Positions 47,230-58,950 of a stretch of 64,000 nucleotides of DNA are shown one piece after another. The stretch comes from a bacterium (GTDB taxonomy: Bacteria > Patescibacteriota > Saccharimonadia > Saccharimonadales > SZUA-47), in contig JAUIBF010000001.1 in the NCBI GenBank assembly GCA_030428125.1, positions 362,383-426,382 of the forward strand, read 5' to 3'. Below the pieces are notes generated by a model. It did not search any database. It was not told where the DNA came from and was given only the letters and a program-made list of their open reading frames with translations. Made by a program: the position numbers and the translations under genes. The stretch's first letter is position 1. Every line of letters begins with the position of its first letter.

Positions 47230-50200
47230 TGAGACGTTATACATCTAGCATAAATATTGAAGATTTTGATGCAGTACGACTTGCAGTCGCTAGTCCAGAT
47301 GACATCCTTGATTGGAGTCATGGTGAAGTTACCAAGCCAGAAACTATCAACTATCGAACACAAAAACCTGAACGTGATGGACTATTCTGTGAGAGAATTT
47401 TCGGCCCAGTAAAAGACATCAACCCGCATGACGCTAAGTTCAAAGGTGTAAGAAGCCGAGAAGCAGCAGTTGATAAAAAAGGTGAGCTTGTTACAAAAAG
47501 CATCGTTCGACGTGAGCGAATGGGTCACATCCAACTAGCTGCACCAGTTGCACACATTTGGTTCCTTCGTGGAACTCCATCAGCAATCGGATTGCTACTA
47601 GGAATGACTGTTAAGAACTTAGAGCGTATCGCTTACTTTGCTAGCTACGTCGTGATTTCAGTCGATGGGGAAGCTAAAGACAAATTGCTTGCTGACAAAG
47701 AAGCAGAATTTGCTGCTGCAAAAGAAGCTATCAAGTCACGATACGAAACAGAAGCAAAAGAAGAAGGTGCAAACGTAAAAGCGCTTGCAGAAATGCAGAC
47801 TAAAGAAATTGAAGAGCTTGAAGCTGATTTCGCTACTTACAAAGAACAGCTTGTTGGCCTTGAGAAAAAAGCACTGCTTTCTGAAACTGACTACCGAAAC
47901 CTTCCTGAAGAAATGGAAGACATCATTGAAGTCGGAATGGGTGGTTCAGCACTAAAAGACCTACTTCAAGAAGTAGACCTAGACGAGCTAATTGAACGAC
48001 TTCAGACTGAAGTTGAAGAAGCTAAAGGTCAACGACGCAAGAAGTTGATGAAACGACTTCGACTGCTAGAAAGCATGCAAAAAGCTGGCATCAAGCCTGC
48101 AAGTATGTGTGTATCTGTACTACCAGTCATCCCACCAGATCTTCGTCCGATGGTTCAACTAACTGGTGGTCGATTCGCTACATCTGACCTAAACGACCTA
48201 TACCGACGTGTAATTAACAGAAACAATCGTCTGCGAAAGCTTATCGATTTGAATGCACCAGAAGTTATTCGCCGAAACGAACAACGTATGTTGCAAGAAG
48301 CCGTTGATGCACTAATCGACAACAACTCAACTCGTTCAGGACGTGCAATTGCATCAACAGGACAGAGACGGCGCCTAAAATCACTATCTGACATGCTAAA
48401 AGGTAAGCAAGGTCGATTCCGACAAAACTTGCTTGGTAAGCGTGTAGACTACTCTGGTCGTTCGGTAATTGTTGCCGGTCCAGAACTGTCTATTGATGAA
48501 TGTGGTCTGCCGAAGATGATGGCTCTTGAATTGTTCAAACCATTCGTAATCGGTTACCTAATTGAGCGTGACCTTGCACATAACATTCGTTCTGCAACCA
48601 GAATGATTGAACTTGGTGAAACAGCTGTTTGGGATGCCCTAGACTACGTAATCGAAGGTAAGTACGTGCTACTTAACCGTGCACCATCTCTTCACCGATT
48701 GTCTATCCAAGCATTCAAACCACGACTAATCGAAGGTAAGGCTATCCAGCTTCACCCACTAGTTTGTAAAGGTTTCAACGCTGACTTCGACGGTGACCAG
48801 ATGGCTGTTCACCTTCCATTGTCTAAGAAAGCACAAGCTGAAGCTCGAGAAATCATGGCTGCTAACAAGAACTTGCTTAAGCCTGCTGATGGTTCTCCAA
48901 TCCTTCATATCGAACAAGACATCGTGCTTGGTTGTTACTACTTAACCTATAACCGTGCTTCACACGCAAAAGAAAAAGCGAAAACTTTCTCATCTGTATC
49001 TGAAGCTGTTATGGCTCGTGATAAAGGTGAACTAACACTTCAGAATCCTATCATCACAACTTTCCGTGGTGAAAAGATTGAAACAACTCTAGGTAGAATT
49101 CTGTTCAACGAAATTCTTCCAGAAGATTTTCCATTCCAAAACGAAGATATGACTAAGAAGCGCCTAAATGGCGTGATGGCAGAAATCTTCGCTAAATATG
49201 GGCAGGAAAAAACTGCACGTGTAGCTGACGACCTAAAACGACTTGGTTTCGAATACGCAACACGTTCAGGCCTATCAATGGGTATGACCGACTTTATCGA
49301 CGTACCAGAAGTTAAGAAGATTCTTGATGCTGGTGAAAAGAAAGCCACCGAGATCGACGAACAGTATGAACAAGGTTTCATTACTGACGAAGAACGATAT
49401 CGATTGACTGTAGAAACTTGGATGGACGCTGATGCCAAAGTTCAGGACACGTTAGCAGAACAATTCGTAAAAGAAGATAGCGCTATGTCAACTGCTGTTA
49501 ACTCTGGTGCTCGTGGTAACATTGGTCAGGTTAAAACCGCAGTCGGTTTACTTGGTGTGGTTACAGACGCGACCGGTAAAGCTGTAGAGCTCCCAATTAA
49601 GAACAACTATAAAGGTGGCCTAACGCCGCTAGAGTACTTTACGGCAACTCGTGGTGCTCGAAAAGGTATGATTGACACTGCGCTTAAGACGGCTGACTCT
49701 GGATACCTAACTCGACGTCTAGTTGATGTTTCTCAAGACGTATTTACTACAGAAGAAGACATTGTTGACCCAGGATTTGCTCTGTACCGTGAAGGTGCTA
49801 AAGAAATTGGCGTAAGCTACGGTTCTCGTCTTGAAGGACGCTACTCTGCTGAAGATGTAGATGGTCACATCAAGAAGGGTGAACTATTTACAGCTGAAAT
49901 CGCAGAAGCAATTGACGCTGACGAAAAAGTTGATGGAGTGAAAATAATGAGCATCCTATCTGTCCCGTCAGTACGTGGTATTCCACAGAAGAGCTACGGA
50001 CTTGACCCAGCCACAGGAAGCCTAGTAAGCCTTTACCATCCAGTTGGTGTTATTGCTGCACAAAGTATCGGTGAGCCTGGTACGCAGTTGACACTTCGAA
50101 CATTCCACTCCGGTGGTACGGCTGGCGAAGACATCACTACAGGTCTTCCACGTGTTGAAGAGTTGTTTGAAGTTCGAACGCCGAAAGGACAAGCATTCCT

Positions 50201-51074
50201 AACTGAAGTAGCTGGAAAAGCGAAAGTTTGGGAAGAAGGCGAAAAGTACATCGTCCAAGTTACTCCAGATGAACAACGAACTGAAGAGATTAAAGTTGGA
50301 AAACGAAACATTGTTGTTGCTCCAGAAACTGACGTACAAGTCGGCGAACTGTTAGCTGCAAACGAAGACGGAACAGATCCACTTAGCGCTCCTTTCGCTG
50401 GAATCGTAGAAGTTAAAGGTAAAGATACAATCGTTCTTGTAGAAGGCAAGCAGTCTCCTGCGCGATACGAAATCCCTAACTTCAAACAAATGTCTATCAA
50501 AGATGGCGATAAAGTTAAAGCAGGTCAAAGACTTACAAATGGTTCGATTCACCTGCATGAACTGATGCAACTCGCTGGCGTAGAAGCTACACAGCGCTAT
50601 ATCATGAACGAAATTTTGCGTATCTTTGCAGGTCAAGGTCAGAATATTGCTGATAAGCACCTTGAAGTTATAGTGCGACAAATGTTCAGCCGTGTTCAGA
50701 TTGATGAACCTGGTGATAGCGAATTCGTTACTGGTGATGTAGTAAGTAAGCAGACTGTGCTTGAAACTAACGAAAGACTTGCCGGTGAAGGCAAAGCACT
50801 AGTTAAGTACAACCAGTTGCTGCTTGGTATTACCAAGGCATCTCTAGCTACAGAGTCGTTCTTGAGTGCAGCAAGCTTCCAAGACACTACTCGTGTCCTA
50901 ATCGGCGCTGCTACAAGTGGTAAAGTCGACAATCTGTTTGGTCTTAAAGAAAACGTTATCTTAGGACGACTAATTCCTGTAGGAACTGGCGTTGTAGAAG
51001 ACGAAGAAGTTGAAGAGACTGAAGAAGAAGCAGAAGTTCAGCCTGAAGCTCCAGCGAGTGCCGAAGTAGCTTAG
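47229..51074 (+). CDS. rpoC: DNA-directed RNA polymerase subunit beta'
   Basis: 1281 aa. TAATG overlap with rpoB. Catalytic motif NADFDGDQMAVH. Confidence 0.95.
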   Translation: MRRYTSSINIEDFDAVRLAVASPDDILDWSHGEVTKPETINYRTQKPERDGLFCERIFGPVKDINPHDAKFKGVRSREAAVDKKGELVTKSIVRRERMGHIQLAAPVAHIWFLRGTPSAIGLLLGMTVKNLERIAYFASYVVISVDGEAKDKLLADKEAEFAAAKEAIKSRYETEAKEEGANVKALAEMQTKEIEELEADFATYKEQLVGLEKKALLSETDYRNLPEEMEDIIEVGMGGSALKDLLQEVDLDELIERLQTEVEEAKGQRRKKLMKRLRLLESMQKAGIKPASMCVSVLPVIPPDLRPMVQLTGGRFATSDLNDLYRRVINRNNRLRKLIDLNAPEVIRRNEQRMLQEAVDALIDNNSTRSGRAIASTGQRRRLKSLSDMLKGKQGRFRQNLLGKRVDYSGRSVIVAGPELSIDECGLPKMMALELFKPFVIGYLIERDLAHNIRSATRMIELGETAVWDALDYVIEGKYVLLNRAPSLHRLSIQAFKPRLIEGKAIQLHPLVCKGFNADFDGDQMAVHLPLSKKAQAEAREIMAANKNLLKPADGSPILHIEQDIVLGCYYLTYNRASHAKEKAKTFSSVSEAVMARDKGELTLQNPIITTFRGEKIETTLGRILFNEILPEDFPFQNEDMTKKRLNGVMAEIFAKYGQEKTARVADDLKRLGFEYATRSGLSMGMTDFIDVPEVKKILDAGEKKATEIDEQYEQGFITDEERYRLTVETWMDADAKVQDTLAEQFVKEDSAMSTAVNSGARGNIGQVKTAVGLLGVVTDATGKAVELPIKNNYKGGLTPLEYFTATRGARKGMIDTALKTADSGYLTRRLVDVSQDVFTTEEDIVDPGFALYREGAKEIGVSYGSRLEGRYSAEDVDGHIKKGELFTAEIAEAIDADEKVDGVKIMSILSVPSVRGIPQKSYGLDPATGSLVSLYHPVGVIAAQSIGEPGTQLTLRTFHSGGTAGEDITTGLPRVEELFEVRTPKGQAFLTEVAGKAKVWEEGEKYIVQVTPDEQRTEEIKVGKRNIVVAPETDVQVGELLAANEDGTDPLSAPFAGIVEVKGKDTIVLVEGKQSPARYEIPNFKQMSIKDGDKVKAGQRLTNGSIHLHELMQLAGVEATQRYIMNEILRIFAGQGQNIADKHLEVIVRQMFSRVQIDEPGDSEFVTGDVVSKQTVLETNERLAGEGKALVKYNQLLLGITKASLATESFLSAASFQDTTRVLIGAATSGKVDNLFGLKENVILGRLIPVGTGVVEDEEVEETEEEAEVQPEAPASAEVA

Positions 51075-51089
51075 AGCTTACTTCTGGTA

Positions 51090-51118
51090 TTGAAGCTTAA
51101 GCCTAAATCTGTTACAAT
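51090..51118 (+). promoter_or_regulatory. rpsL (str operon) promoter
   Basis: TTGAAG-N17-TACAAT with an extended-10 TGt. The same TGTTACAATAA core occurs in the tuf promoter. Confidence 0.6.
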
Positions 51119-51227
51119 AAGTTTACAAATTTAATGTGTGCTCGAGCCGTGAGATCATTCTGAATTACTAGGCATAAGGTAATCGGAACTCATGCAGCGG
51201 GAAGTGCACGACATATGAAAGGAATTT

Positions 51228-51641
51228 ATGCCAACAATCAATCAGTTAGTGCGTAAACCACGCAAGACGCCTAAGGACAAATCTAAGTCTCCTGCGCTTC
51301 ATCGTGTGGTTAACAATCTAAAAACTACAAACTATGAAAAACCAGCGCCACTAAAAAGAGGTGTCTGCGTTAAAGTAACAACTAAAACACCTAAGAAGCC
51401 AAACTCTGCTTTGCGTAAAGTTGCACGTGTTCGTTTGAACAACGGATACGAAGTTTGGGCTTACATCGGTGGTGAAGGTCACAACCTACAAGAGCACGCC
51501 GTTGTTCTGATCCGTGGTGGACGTGTGCCTGACCTTCCTGGTGTTCGATACCACATTGTACGAGGTTCATTGGACTTGCAAGGTGTAGAAAACCGAAAAT
51601 CTGGCCGTTCTAAATACGGTACGAAAAAGGCAGGTAAATAA
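51228..51641 (+). CDS. rpsL: 30S ribosomal protein S12
   Basis: 137 aa with PTINQLVRK and [16 protein letters not shown]. Confidence 0.97.
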   Translation: MPTINQLVRKPRKTPKDKSKSPALHRVVNNLKTTNYEKPAPLKRGVCVKVTTKTPKKPNSALRKVARVRLNNGYEVWAYIGGEGHNLQEHAVVLIRGGRVPDLPGVRYHIVRGSLDLQGVENRKSGRSKYGTKKAGK

Positions 51642-51643
51642 CC

Positions 51644-52120
51644 ATGCCACGTAAAACTACAAAAGCCTTAGTGCGACCTAAGCTACCTGACCGAAAATAC
51701 AATTCAGAAATGGTACAACGACTAATCAACAGAGTAATGTTGAATGGTAAAAAGCAACTAGCAGAACGAATCGTTTATGACGCAATGGCAGAAGCTGCAC
51801 GTCTAGTTAAGAACGATAACGAGCTAGAAGTTTTTGATAAAGCGATGAAGAACGTAACTCCATACATGGAAACTCGTTCACGTCGTGTAGGTGGTGCTAA
51901 CTACCAAATTCCTTTTGAAGTTAAAGGCCAACGACAGAAACACCTTACAATTATGTGGTTTGTTGCTGCTGCTAGATCTAAAAAAGGTATGCCAATGAGC
52001 AAAAGAATTGCTACAGAGCTAGCTGATGCTTACAACCAGACGGGTACAGCCTTCAAGAAGAAGGAGGACACTCACAAGATGGCAGAGTCTAACCGAGCCT
52101 TTGCTCACTTTGCACGATAA
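51644..52120 (+). CDS. rpsG: 30S ribosomal protein S7
   Basis: 158 aa with an S7 core (GKKQLAERIVYDA, RRVGGANYQIP). Confidence 0.97.
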   Translation: MPRKTTKALVRPKLPDRKYNSEMVQRLINRVMLNGKKQLAERIVYDAMAEAARLVKNDNELEVFDKAMKNVTPYMETRSRRVGGANYQIPFEVKGQRQKHLTIMWFVAAARSKKGMPMSKRIATELADAYNQTGTAFKKKEDTHKMAESNRAFAHFAR

Positions 52121-52434
52121 TGGAACGATTTCAGGATTCAGACACAGGCTCTAGAATCGAGGAAGCTTTAACAGATCAACCTGGAGATGCACCGTCGTCA
52201 AAATATTTCAGAATAGCAAGGATGCTTGCACAAGGTGTAAGCGTTTCAGTAGAAGCTGGATTTAACTTTGGCTCTATCGTATCAACTGACGACGAGTTAG
52301 CTGCAGAGCTAAATGCAACTGAGCATTTAGCATCAAGATTAGCAACAAGGGCATCCTACGCAGATTTCGCAAATGGAAACGATGATCAACTAAAAAACTT
52401 AATTGGAGCAATTAGAGGAAACAATGGCAGTTAA
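52120..52434 (+). CDS. hypothetical 104-aa protein inserted between rpsG and fusA
   Basis: The ATG overlaps the rpsG stop (TAATG at 52118-52122) and the 3' end overlaps the fusA start by 11 nt. GNN-rich codons, acidic. No family recognised. Confidence 0.5.
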   Translation: MERFQDSDTGSRIEEALTDQPGDAPSSKYFRIARMLAQGVSVSVEAGFNFGSIVSTDDELAAELNATEHLASRLATRASYADFANGNDDQLKNLIGAIRGNNGS

Positions 52435-54511
52435 GAAAACACCACTAGGAAAAATTAGAAACATTGGTATTATCGCGCACATCGATGCAGGTAAGACTAC
52501 AACAACAGAAGGTATCTTGTACCGAACTGGACTCAGCCACAAAATTGGTGCAGTTCATGATGGTGAAACAACTACCGACTGGATGGAACAAGAACGAGAA
52601 CGCGGTATCACAATCGTATCCGCGGCCGTTACTTGTTATTGGAAAGATCACCAAATCAACATCATTGATACACCGGGACACATCGACTTTACAGTAGAGG
52701 TAGAACGTTCACTTCGTGTGCTTGATGGTGCTGTCGTAGTATTCGACGGTAAAATGGGTGTTGAATCACAGTCTGAAACAGTGTGGCGACAAGCTGATAA
52801 GTACGGTGTACCTCGTATCTGTTTCATTAACAAAATCAACCAAACTGGTGGTGATTTCTACAAATCACTTGAGAGCATCCACAACCGACTTTCAAAAGCT
52901 GCTTTTCCTATTCACTTGCCAATTGGCTTTGAACAAAGCATCAACGGTGTAGTCGACCTTGTTGACATGAAAGCCTACAACTACAAAGAATTTGCCGACA
53001 AAGAGCTAGTTGAAAGTGAAATTCCTGAAGATATGAAGGAAAAAGTAGCACGGTACAGAAGCTTGCTAATCGAAAACGCTGTAGCAGAAGACGAAGAATA
53101 CCTAGAAAAATACCTTGAAAAAGGTGAAGAAGGATTAACAGAAGACGAAATCCGACACGCTATCCGTTCAGCAGTTCTTGGTGGTAAATTCTACGCTGTA
53201 ACTGGTGGTGATGGCCGTGGTGTTATCGTTGAAAAAGTTCTAGACCTAATTAACGACTTAATGCCAAGTCCTGAAGACAGGGGTTCAACTTGGGGTAAGG
53301 ACGCAAAATCTGGCGACGAAATCGAACGAAAACCTTCCGATTCAGAACCTATGAGTGGACTAGCTTTCAAGATTACAACCGACCCATTTGTTGGTAAGCT
53401 TGCTTATTTCCGTGTTTATTCAGGAACACTTAAAGCTGGTTCATATGTAATGAACAGCTCAACCGGTAATAAAGAGCGTATCGGACGTATCGTTCGTATG
53501 CAGGCTGATAAGCGAGAAGAAATTGATGAAGTACAAGCTGGTGATATTGCTGCAATCGTCGGACTGAAAGCAACTACAACCGGAAATACACTTTGTGATT
53601 TAGATAAGCAGATTATATTAGAAAGCATCGACTTCCCAGAACCTCCAGTATCGATTGCTATCGAACCAAATACAAAGAGCGACCAAGAAAAAATGTCTAT
53701 TGCCTTGCAACGTCTTGCTGAAGAAGATCCAACTTTCCGAGTAAAGGTTGATGATGAAACAGGTCAAACTGTTATTTCAGGAATGGGTGAGCTTCACTTG
53801 GAAATCCTAGTAGACAGAATGAAGCGAGAATTTAAGGTTGAAGCTAACATCGGAGCACCTCAGGTTGCATACCGAGAAACTATCCGAAAAGACGGAGTAG
53901 AAATCCAAGGAAAATTCATCAAGCAGTCTGGTGGTCGTGGTCAATACGGTGATGTATGGCTAAGACTATCACAAAATACTGCCGGTGAAGGATTCGAATT
54001 CATTAACTCTATCAAGGGCGGTGTAGTTCCTCAGGAATACATCAAGCCTGTTGAGCAAGGAATCATCGAAGCAATGAACAACGGTGTTCTTGCTGGATAT
54101 CCGGTAGTAGACATCAAAGCAGAACTTTACGATGGTTCATACCACGATGTTGACTCAAGCGAAGCAGCCTTTAAGGTAGCTGGATCAATGGCGCTTAAAG
54201 ACGGCGTTAAAGCTGCAAAGCCTGTAATCCTAGAGCCTGTTATGAAAGTTGTTGTTGTAACTCCGGAAGAATTCATGGGTGACTGTATTGGGGATCTTAA
54301 CGCTAAGCGTGGACGAGTAGAATCTATGGAAGATTTGTCTGCTGGTGTTAAAGAAATTACTGCCTTCGTACCTCTAGGTGAAATGTTTGGATACACAACT
54401 AACCTTCGTTCAATGACTCAAGGTCGAGCAAGCTCAAGCATGGAGCTCGATCATTACGCTGATGTTCCTAACAACGTTGCAGAAGCAATCATTGCCAACA
54501 ACTCAAAGTAA
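52424..54511 (+). CDS. fusA: elongation factor G
   Basis: Start set at [29 protein letters not shown], preceded by AGAGGA; the track ORF begins at 52403. Full EF-G domain set. Confidence 0.95.
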   Translation: MAVKKTPLGKIRNIGIIAHIDAGKTTTTEGILYRTGLSHKIGAVHDGETTTDWMEQERERGITIVSAAVTCYWKDHQINIIDTPGHIDFTVEVERSLRVLDGAVVVFDGKMGVESQSETVWRQADKYGVPRICFINKINQTGGDFYKSLESIHNRLSKAAFPIHLPIGFEQSINGVVDLVDMKAYNYKEFADKELVESEIPEDMKEKVARYRSLLIENAVAEDEEYLEKYLEKGEEGLTEDEIRHAIRSAVLGGKFYAVTGGDGRGVIVEKVLDLINDLMPSPEDRGSTWGKDAKSGDEIERKPSDSEPMSGLAFKITTDPFVGKLAYFRVYSGTLKAGSYVMNSSTGNKERIGRIVRMQADKREEIDEVQAGDIAAIVGLKATTTGNTLCDLDKQIILESIDFPEPPVSIAIEPNTKSDQEKMSIALQRLAEEDPTFRVKVDDETGQTVISGMGELHLEILVDRMKREFKVEANIGAPQVAYRETIRKDGVEIQGKFIKQSGGRGQYGDVWLRLSQNTAGEGFEFINSIKGGVVPQEYIKPVEQGIIEAMNNGVLAGYPVVDIKAELYDGSYHDVDSSEAAFKVAGSMALKDGVKAAKPVILEPVMKVVVVTPEEFMGDCIGDLNAKRGRVESMEDLSAGVKEITAFVPLGEMFGYTTNLRSMTQGRASSSMELDHYADVPNNVAEAIIANNSK

Positions 54512-54523
54512 AGGGTTTATACC

Positions 54524-55090
54524 ATGCCAAATGTCAGTGAACATACACTAGAGCACTTAGCGCTAGATGTTGAAAACTATTTTGACGCAGTGGCTAGAAA
54601 CCATGGTCATAATGCAGTTTGGTACCTTTCTCCAATCGGGGAGCGTATGATAGACCTGACTCAAGACCCAGATGACAGTAGTCACATGCCTTACGTATAC
54701 AATGATGTTACTGCCCAAATAGGAGCGGAAATTTTTGGAGAGTATAACGGCGTTCACTACACAGTTAATGATGATCTGACGGCTCTAGCAAAGTTGCCCG
54801 TGAGAGTAAGCCTAGGGCTTTTGCCACCCCTCGAAGAATTTCGCCTACCAATTGATGAAGCAGCCGAACAACTGGCAGCAATAATACCCGCAGTAAGGGA
54901 TGGTGCGGCGCTCATAAAGTCAGCGTACAGTGTCGATACTCATATTAAATCTATGGCTACTGCTGTAGAAAGAGTTAGCGTTACAGAAAGTAGACGAAGC
55001 TTAACTAGGATACCGTTCTTTGGTAAGTTAGTTCCCACAGAGAACGTTCCAACCTATGAAGCAAAAGTAGCACAACTACTTGATAGTTAG
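54524..55090 (+). CDS. hypothetical 188-aa protein inserted between fusA and tuf
   Basis: The ATG lies 12 nt after the fusA stop. The -35 of the tuf promoter lies in its last codons. No family recognised. Confidence 0.5.
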   Translation: MPNVSEHTLEHLALDVENYFDAVARNHGHNAVWYLSPIGERMIDLTQDPDDSSHMPYVYNDVTAQIGAEIFGEYNGVHYTVNDDLTALAKLPVRVSLGLLPPLEEFRLPIDEAAEQLAAIIPAVRDGAALIKSAYSVDTHIKSMATAVERVSVTESRRSLTRIPFFGKLVPTENVPTYEAKVAQLLDS

Positions 55091-55109
55091 TAGCAGAATT
55101 TGTTACAAT
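55080..55109 (+). promoter_or_regulatory. tuf promoter
   Basis: TTGATA-N18-TACAAT with an extended-10 TGt. Confidence 0.6.
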
Positions 55110-55216
55110 AACACTTGTAACTCGTGAGAGGGCTTTTGTTGATGCGCTCAACAAATATGGATCACGAAACTACGTAAAATAATTCATAAAACCCTTTAAA
55201 ATCTACAGGAGATAAA

Positions 55217-56401
<1,185 letters not shown>

Positions 56402-56423
56402 CCTAAAAACTAATACCAAACAG

Positions 56424-56457
56424 AAGGGCTCTTGGTATTACACTGAGAGCTCTTTTT
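56424..56457 (+). terminator. intrinsic terminator after tuf
   Basis: Stem AAGGGCTCT/AGAGCTCTT (one mismatch), 13-nt loop, T5. Confidence 0.6.
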
Positions 56458-56472
56458 AATGCGAAAGAAAAT

Positions 56473-56868
56473 ATGACAGACACTATAAACAACGGACTTA
56501 GTCCAGATTCTTATGAACACGTTAGCCCTATTATCGGAGCTATTCAAGATACTAGTGATAGATTAAAAAGCTTTTGGTGGAACGTTGGTTCAGGAAACAG
56601 GCCTAAGCCACGACTAGAACGTAGATTAGCCCCTCTAAGGGAAGGTATAGCAATGATGATTCTTGATCATCGAATGCCGGACGAGGTTTTTACGGAGTTA
56701 TCTAGACTTAATGGTGCATATAACACCGAACTTGATGCTTTCTCGGCCCATAGTTACGACTACTATGAACTGGGCGTAAGAACGTCTGCAAACCAGCTAC
56801 ATATGGTAATTGGCGCAGAAGCTACTAAGCCATTTGTTCTGGTTGGCGAACCAGTAATTGTTTCTTGA
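56473..56868 (+). CDS. hypothetical 131-aa protein (tuf-rpsJ insert, gene 1)
   Basis: No family recognised. Its own terminator follows. Confidence 0.5.
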   Translation: MTDTINNGLSPDSYEHVSPIIGAIQDTSDRLKSFWWNVGSGNRPKPRLERRLAPLREGIAMMILDHRMPDEVFTELSRLNGAYNTELDAFSAHSYDYYELGVRTSANQLHMVIGAEATKPFVLVGEPVIVS

Positions 56869-56903
56869 TTATTTAATCTAGGGTATGGCTAGACAATATT
56901 GAG

Positions 56904-56932
56904 ACTCGGGATGAAATATTCCCGAGTTTTTT
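56904..56932 (+). terminator. intrinsic terminator
   Basis: Perfect 8-bp stem ACTCGGGA/TCCCGAGT, 8-nt loop, T6. Confidence 0.8.
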
Positions 56933-56947
56933 GTTACACTTTACAAG

Positions 56948-57349
56948 ATGAGTTTTTCATACACAAAGACAGAAACAGCGATTTTTCAAGCCGCTGAACG
57001 TGCTGAATCTAAGGTTCGTGTTTTGGATTCTGGCATCGTTAGCTGGCCTGCAGAAGATTGGAGTGTAGTACTGTATCCTATAAAATATTTCGAAGGTTTT
57101 GAGGATTATGGTGCTCTAACAGCTGCAAAGGCAGATGAAGGTGTCGTAGAGTCAAAAGTGTTTGTATTTACAGCACTAAAGCTAGGCATGTGTGTATCAT
57201 TAGTTAGAGACGAAACTATACCAATGACTTCAGACTCAAATATCTTAGCCGATGCGATAACTAGCACTATGGATTTGCCGGGCTACTCTGCCCCCAACCA
57301 GGGAGACATGTCAGACTTTGAAACTTTTCTAGGTTACGCACTAATTTAA
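56948..57349 (+). CDS. hypothetical 133-aa protein (tuf-rpsJ insert, gene 2)
   Basis: TGtTACACT(56932-56940)-N7-ATG, a leaderless-type start. Acidic. No family recognised. Confidence 0.5.
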   Translation: MSFSYTKTETAIFQAAERAESKVRVLDSGIVSWPAEDWSVVLYPIKYFEGFEDYGALTAAKADEGVVESKVFVFTALKLGMCVSLVRDETIPMTSDSNILADAITSTMDLPGYSAPNQGDMSDFETFLGYALI

Positions 57350-57486
57350 TTTTTCATAAAACTTGGCTGATCTAGCGAACTTGAAATATACATCACTAAT
57401 CACATGCTAAACAAATAATCAAATATGTGATATTGTATTCTTTATGACAATGGAAAAAATACAGAAGGTTAGTTGACACGAATAGC

Positions 57487-58950
57487 GTGTTTACACAGGA
57501 GGTAGGCGTACTATTACCTTCAGTTATCGAATATGCACAGTTGAGTATTGAAGCCACAGATGCAAACGGTTTTTTCGTACATTCGGGCATGGGTCCAAAA
57601 ACAAGTAAAAGAGTAGCTGACAACTCTCAGAGAAGAAAACTTACTGATGATGAAGTAGATTTAATGAGGTTTTCGAATGCTTTATTGTTTCAAGTAAGAG
57701 ATCCAGAAGAGTTTGTAGAAATTAACCTAAGGGCTGTAGGCACTGCGGTTGATAACTTTTCTGAAGACAATGGCTTATCTAGACTTGGTAGACAAGAAAC
57801 TCTAGACACAGTTGAGGCAACTCTTAGAAATGGCTTAATTTATATGCTGCCCAAGGTGGTGCTGGTGAGCGATGTACACGAACAGTACAAAGCACTAGAT
57901 AATGATGAAAAAACTCATCTAAAAGGTGTGTTTGCTCATCCTGTAGCACAGGTAGGCTCAAGCGACTCACATACTTATGGTTCGCTTGCAACAACGCTGG
58001 CGTTTCCCGGACAAGACGGTGAGGCACCTATAGATCCAATCATTGCTTCTGTTAAAGAAGGTGAATTAGACGCAGAGCTTTATCGATATCTCATTCGCTA
58101 TCCAGAACTATTTCAGAAGTATCCTTCACTTGTGGCCATTACTAAATTTGCCGTATCAGTACTAAATGGTGCTCAAGATGAGCTGGAAGCTAGTGTTGGT
58201 AGTCAAGCAGAACGACTAGTATCCGATAAGCACGGTGATTTAACAGGACCAGCACATGAAGAATTAATTAAGCTACGAAATACTACACTCAACATGATTA
58301 CTAGCAGTATTCGCCTCGCTCGTTTAACTGGAGCAGGGTTACATTACACACCAGAACAACTAGAAGAATTACTTGCCTTAAGCCATGAATCTGAGATGTA
58401 CAGAATCAATTCAAGACTTGGTTTGGTTAGAGACACTAGGAGTGCGGCAGTTAAAAAGAAAAGAATACAGGCAACAAAAACAGCAGTAGCGAAGGGCCTG
58501 GATCCCGACATGACTTCTGAAGTAAAAAAAGTTATATCAAGACAAGCTGGAGCGCTAACAAATACAGTTAGCAGAGAATCGGAATATGGAGATGAGCCGG
58601 TAAGATCATTTATAGCAGATTTTGTTGGTAAGCGACCTAATGCAGAAGAAATAATCAAACAACTTGTAAAGTCAATAAAACACGTTAGTGCAGCAGACTT
58701 ATCTGGCGGTAATGTTAGAGGCTTAAGGACAATCAAAAATTGTGATAGAAAAATTGAAATTGACGGAGTAACACATACTGTCTTTGAGCTAAAGCCCAGG
58801 GACATATCAGATTTAGGTGCCGGTAAATCAAGAAATATAAATGATATCCGTATGATCGTCGCTATTAACGGAGATGAATCTTTGGTAATTTTAGGCATCG
58901 TAAAGAGAGATAAACTTTACGACAAAACCAAAACGCTTGGGTTGAGATAA
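57487..58950 (+). CDS. hypothetical 487-aa protein with a possible RelE/ParE-superfamily C-terminal domain (tuf-rpsJ insert, gene 3)
   Basis: GTG start is uncertain. The C-terminus, VFELKPRD...DIRMIVAINGDESLVILGIVKRDKLYDKT, resembles the yElR...yRiiY.i.gd.ivil.i..R pattern of RelE/ParE/HigB-like toxins. The N-terminal roughly 390 aa are unassigned. Confidence 0.55.
   Translation: MFTQEVGVLLPSVIEYAQLSIEATDANGFFVHSGMGPKTSKRVADNSQRRKLTDDEVDLMRFSNALLFQVRDPEEFVEINLRAVGTAVDNFSEDNGLSRLGRQETLDTVEATLRNGLIYMLPKVVLVSDVHEQYKALDNDEKTHLKGVFAHPVAQVGSSDSHTYGSLATTLAFPGQDGEAPIDPIIASVKEGELDAELYRYLIRYPELFQKYPSLVAITKFAVSVLNGAQDELEASVGSQAERLVSDKHGDLTGPAHEELIKLRNTTLNMITSSIRLARLTGAGLHYTPEQLEELLALSHESEMYRINSRLGLVRDTRSAAVKKKRIQATKTAVAKGLDPDMTSEVKKVISRQAGALTNTVSRESEYGDEPVRSFIADFVGKRPNAEEIIKQLVKSIKHVSAADLSGGNVRGLRTIKNCDRKIEIDGVTHTVFELKPRDISDLGAGKSRNINDIRMIVAINGDESLVILGIVKRDKLYDKTKTLGLR

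Noticed and set aside
46935-47363. Long antisense ORFs inside well-supported genes. Examples are 46935-47363, 50033-50500 and 49040-49438 in rpoB/rpoC; 22599-23006 and 24159-24500 in clpC; 58344-58898 in the 487-aa ORF; 59657-60031; and 14277-15047 opposite the malic enzyme gene.
   Set aside because: Each lies wholly opposite a gene with strong motif support. They have Ser/Leu/Cys-rich, low-complexity translations typical of shadow frames, and no promoter or SD context. I treat them as artefacts of codon bias.
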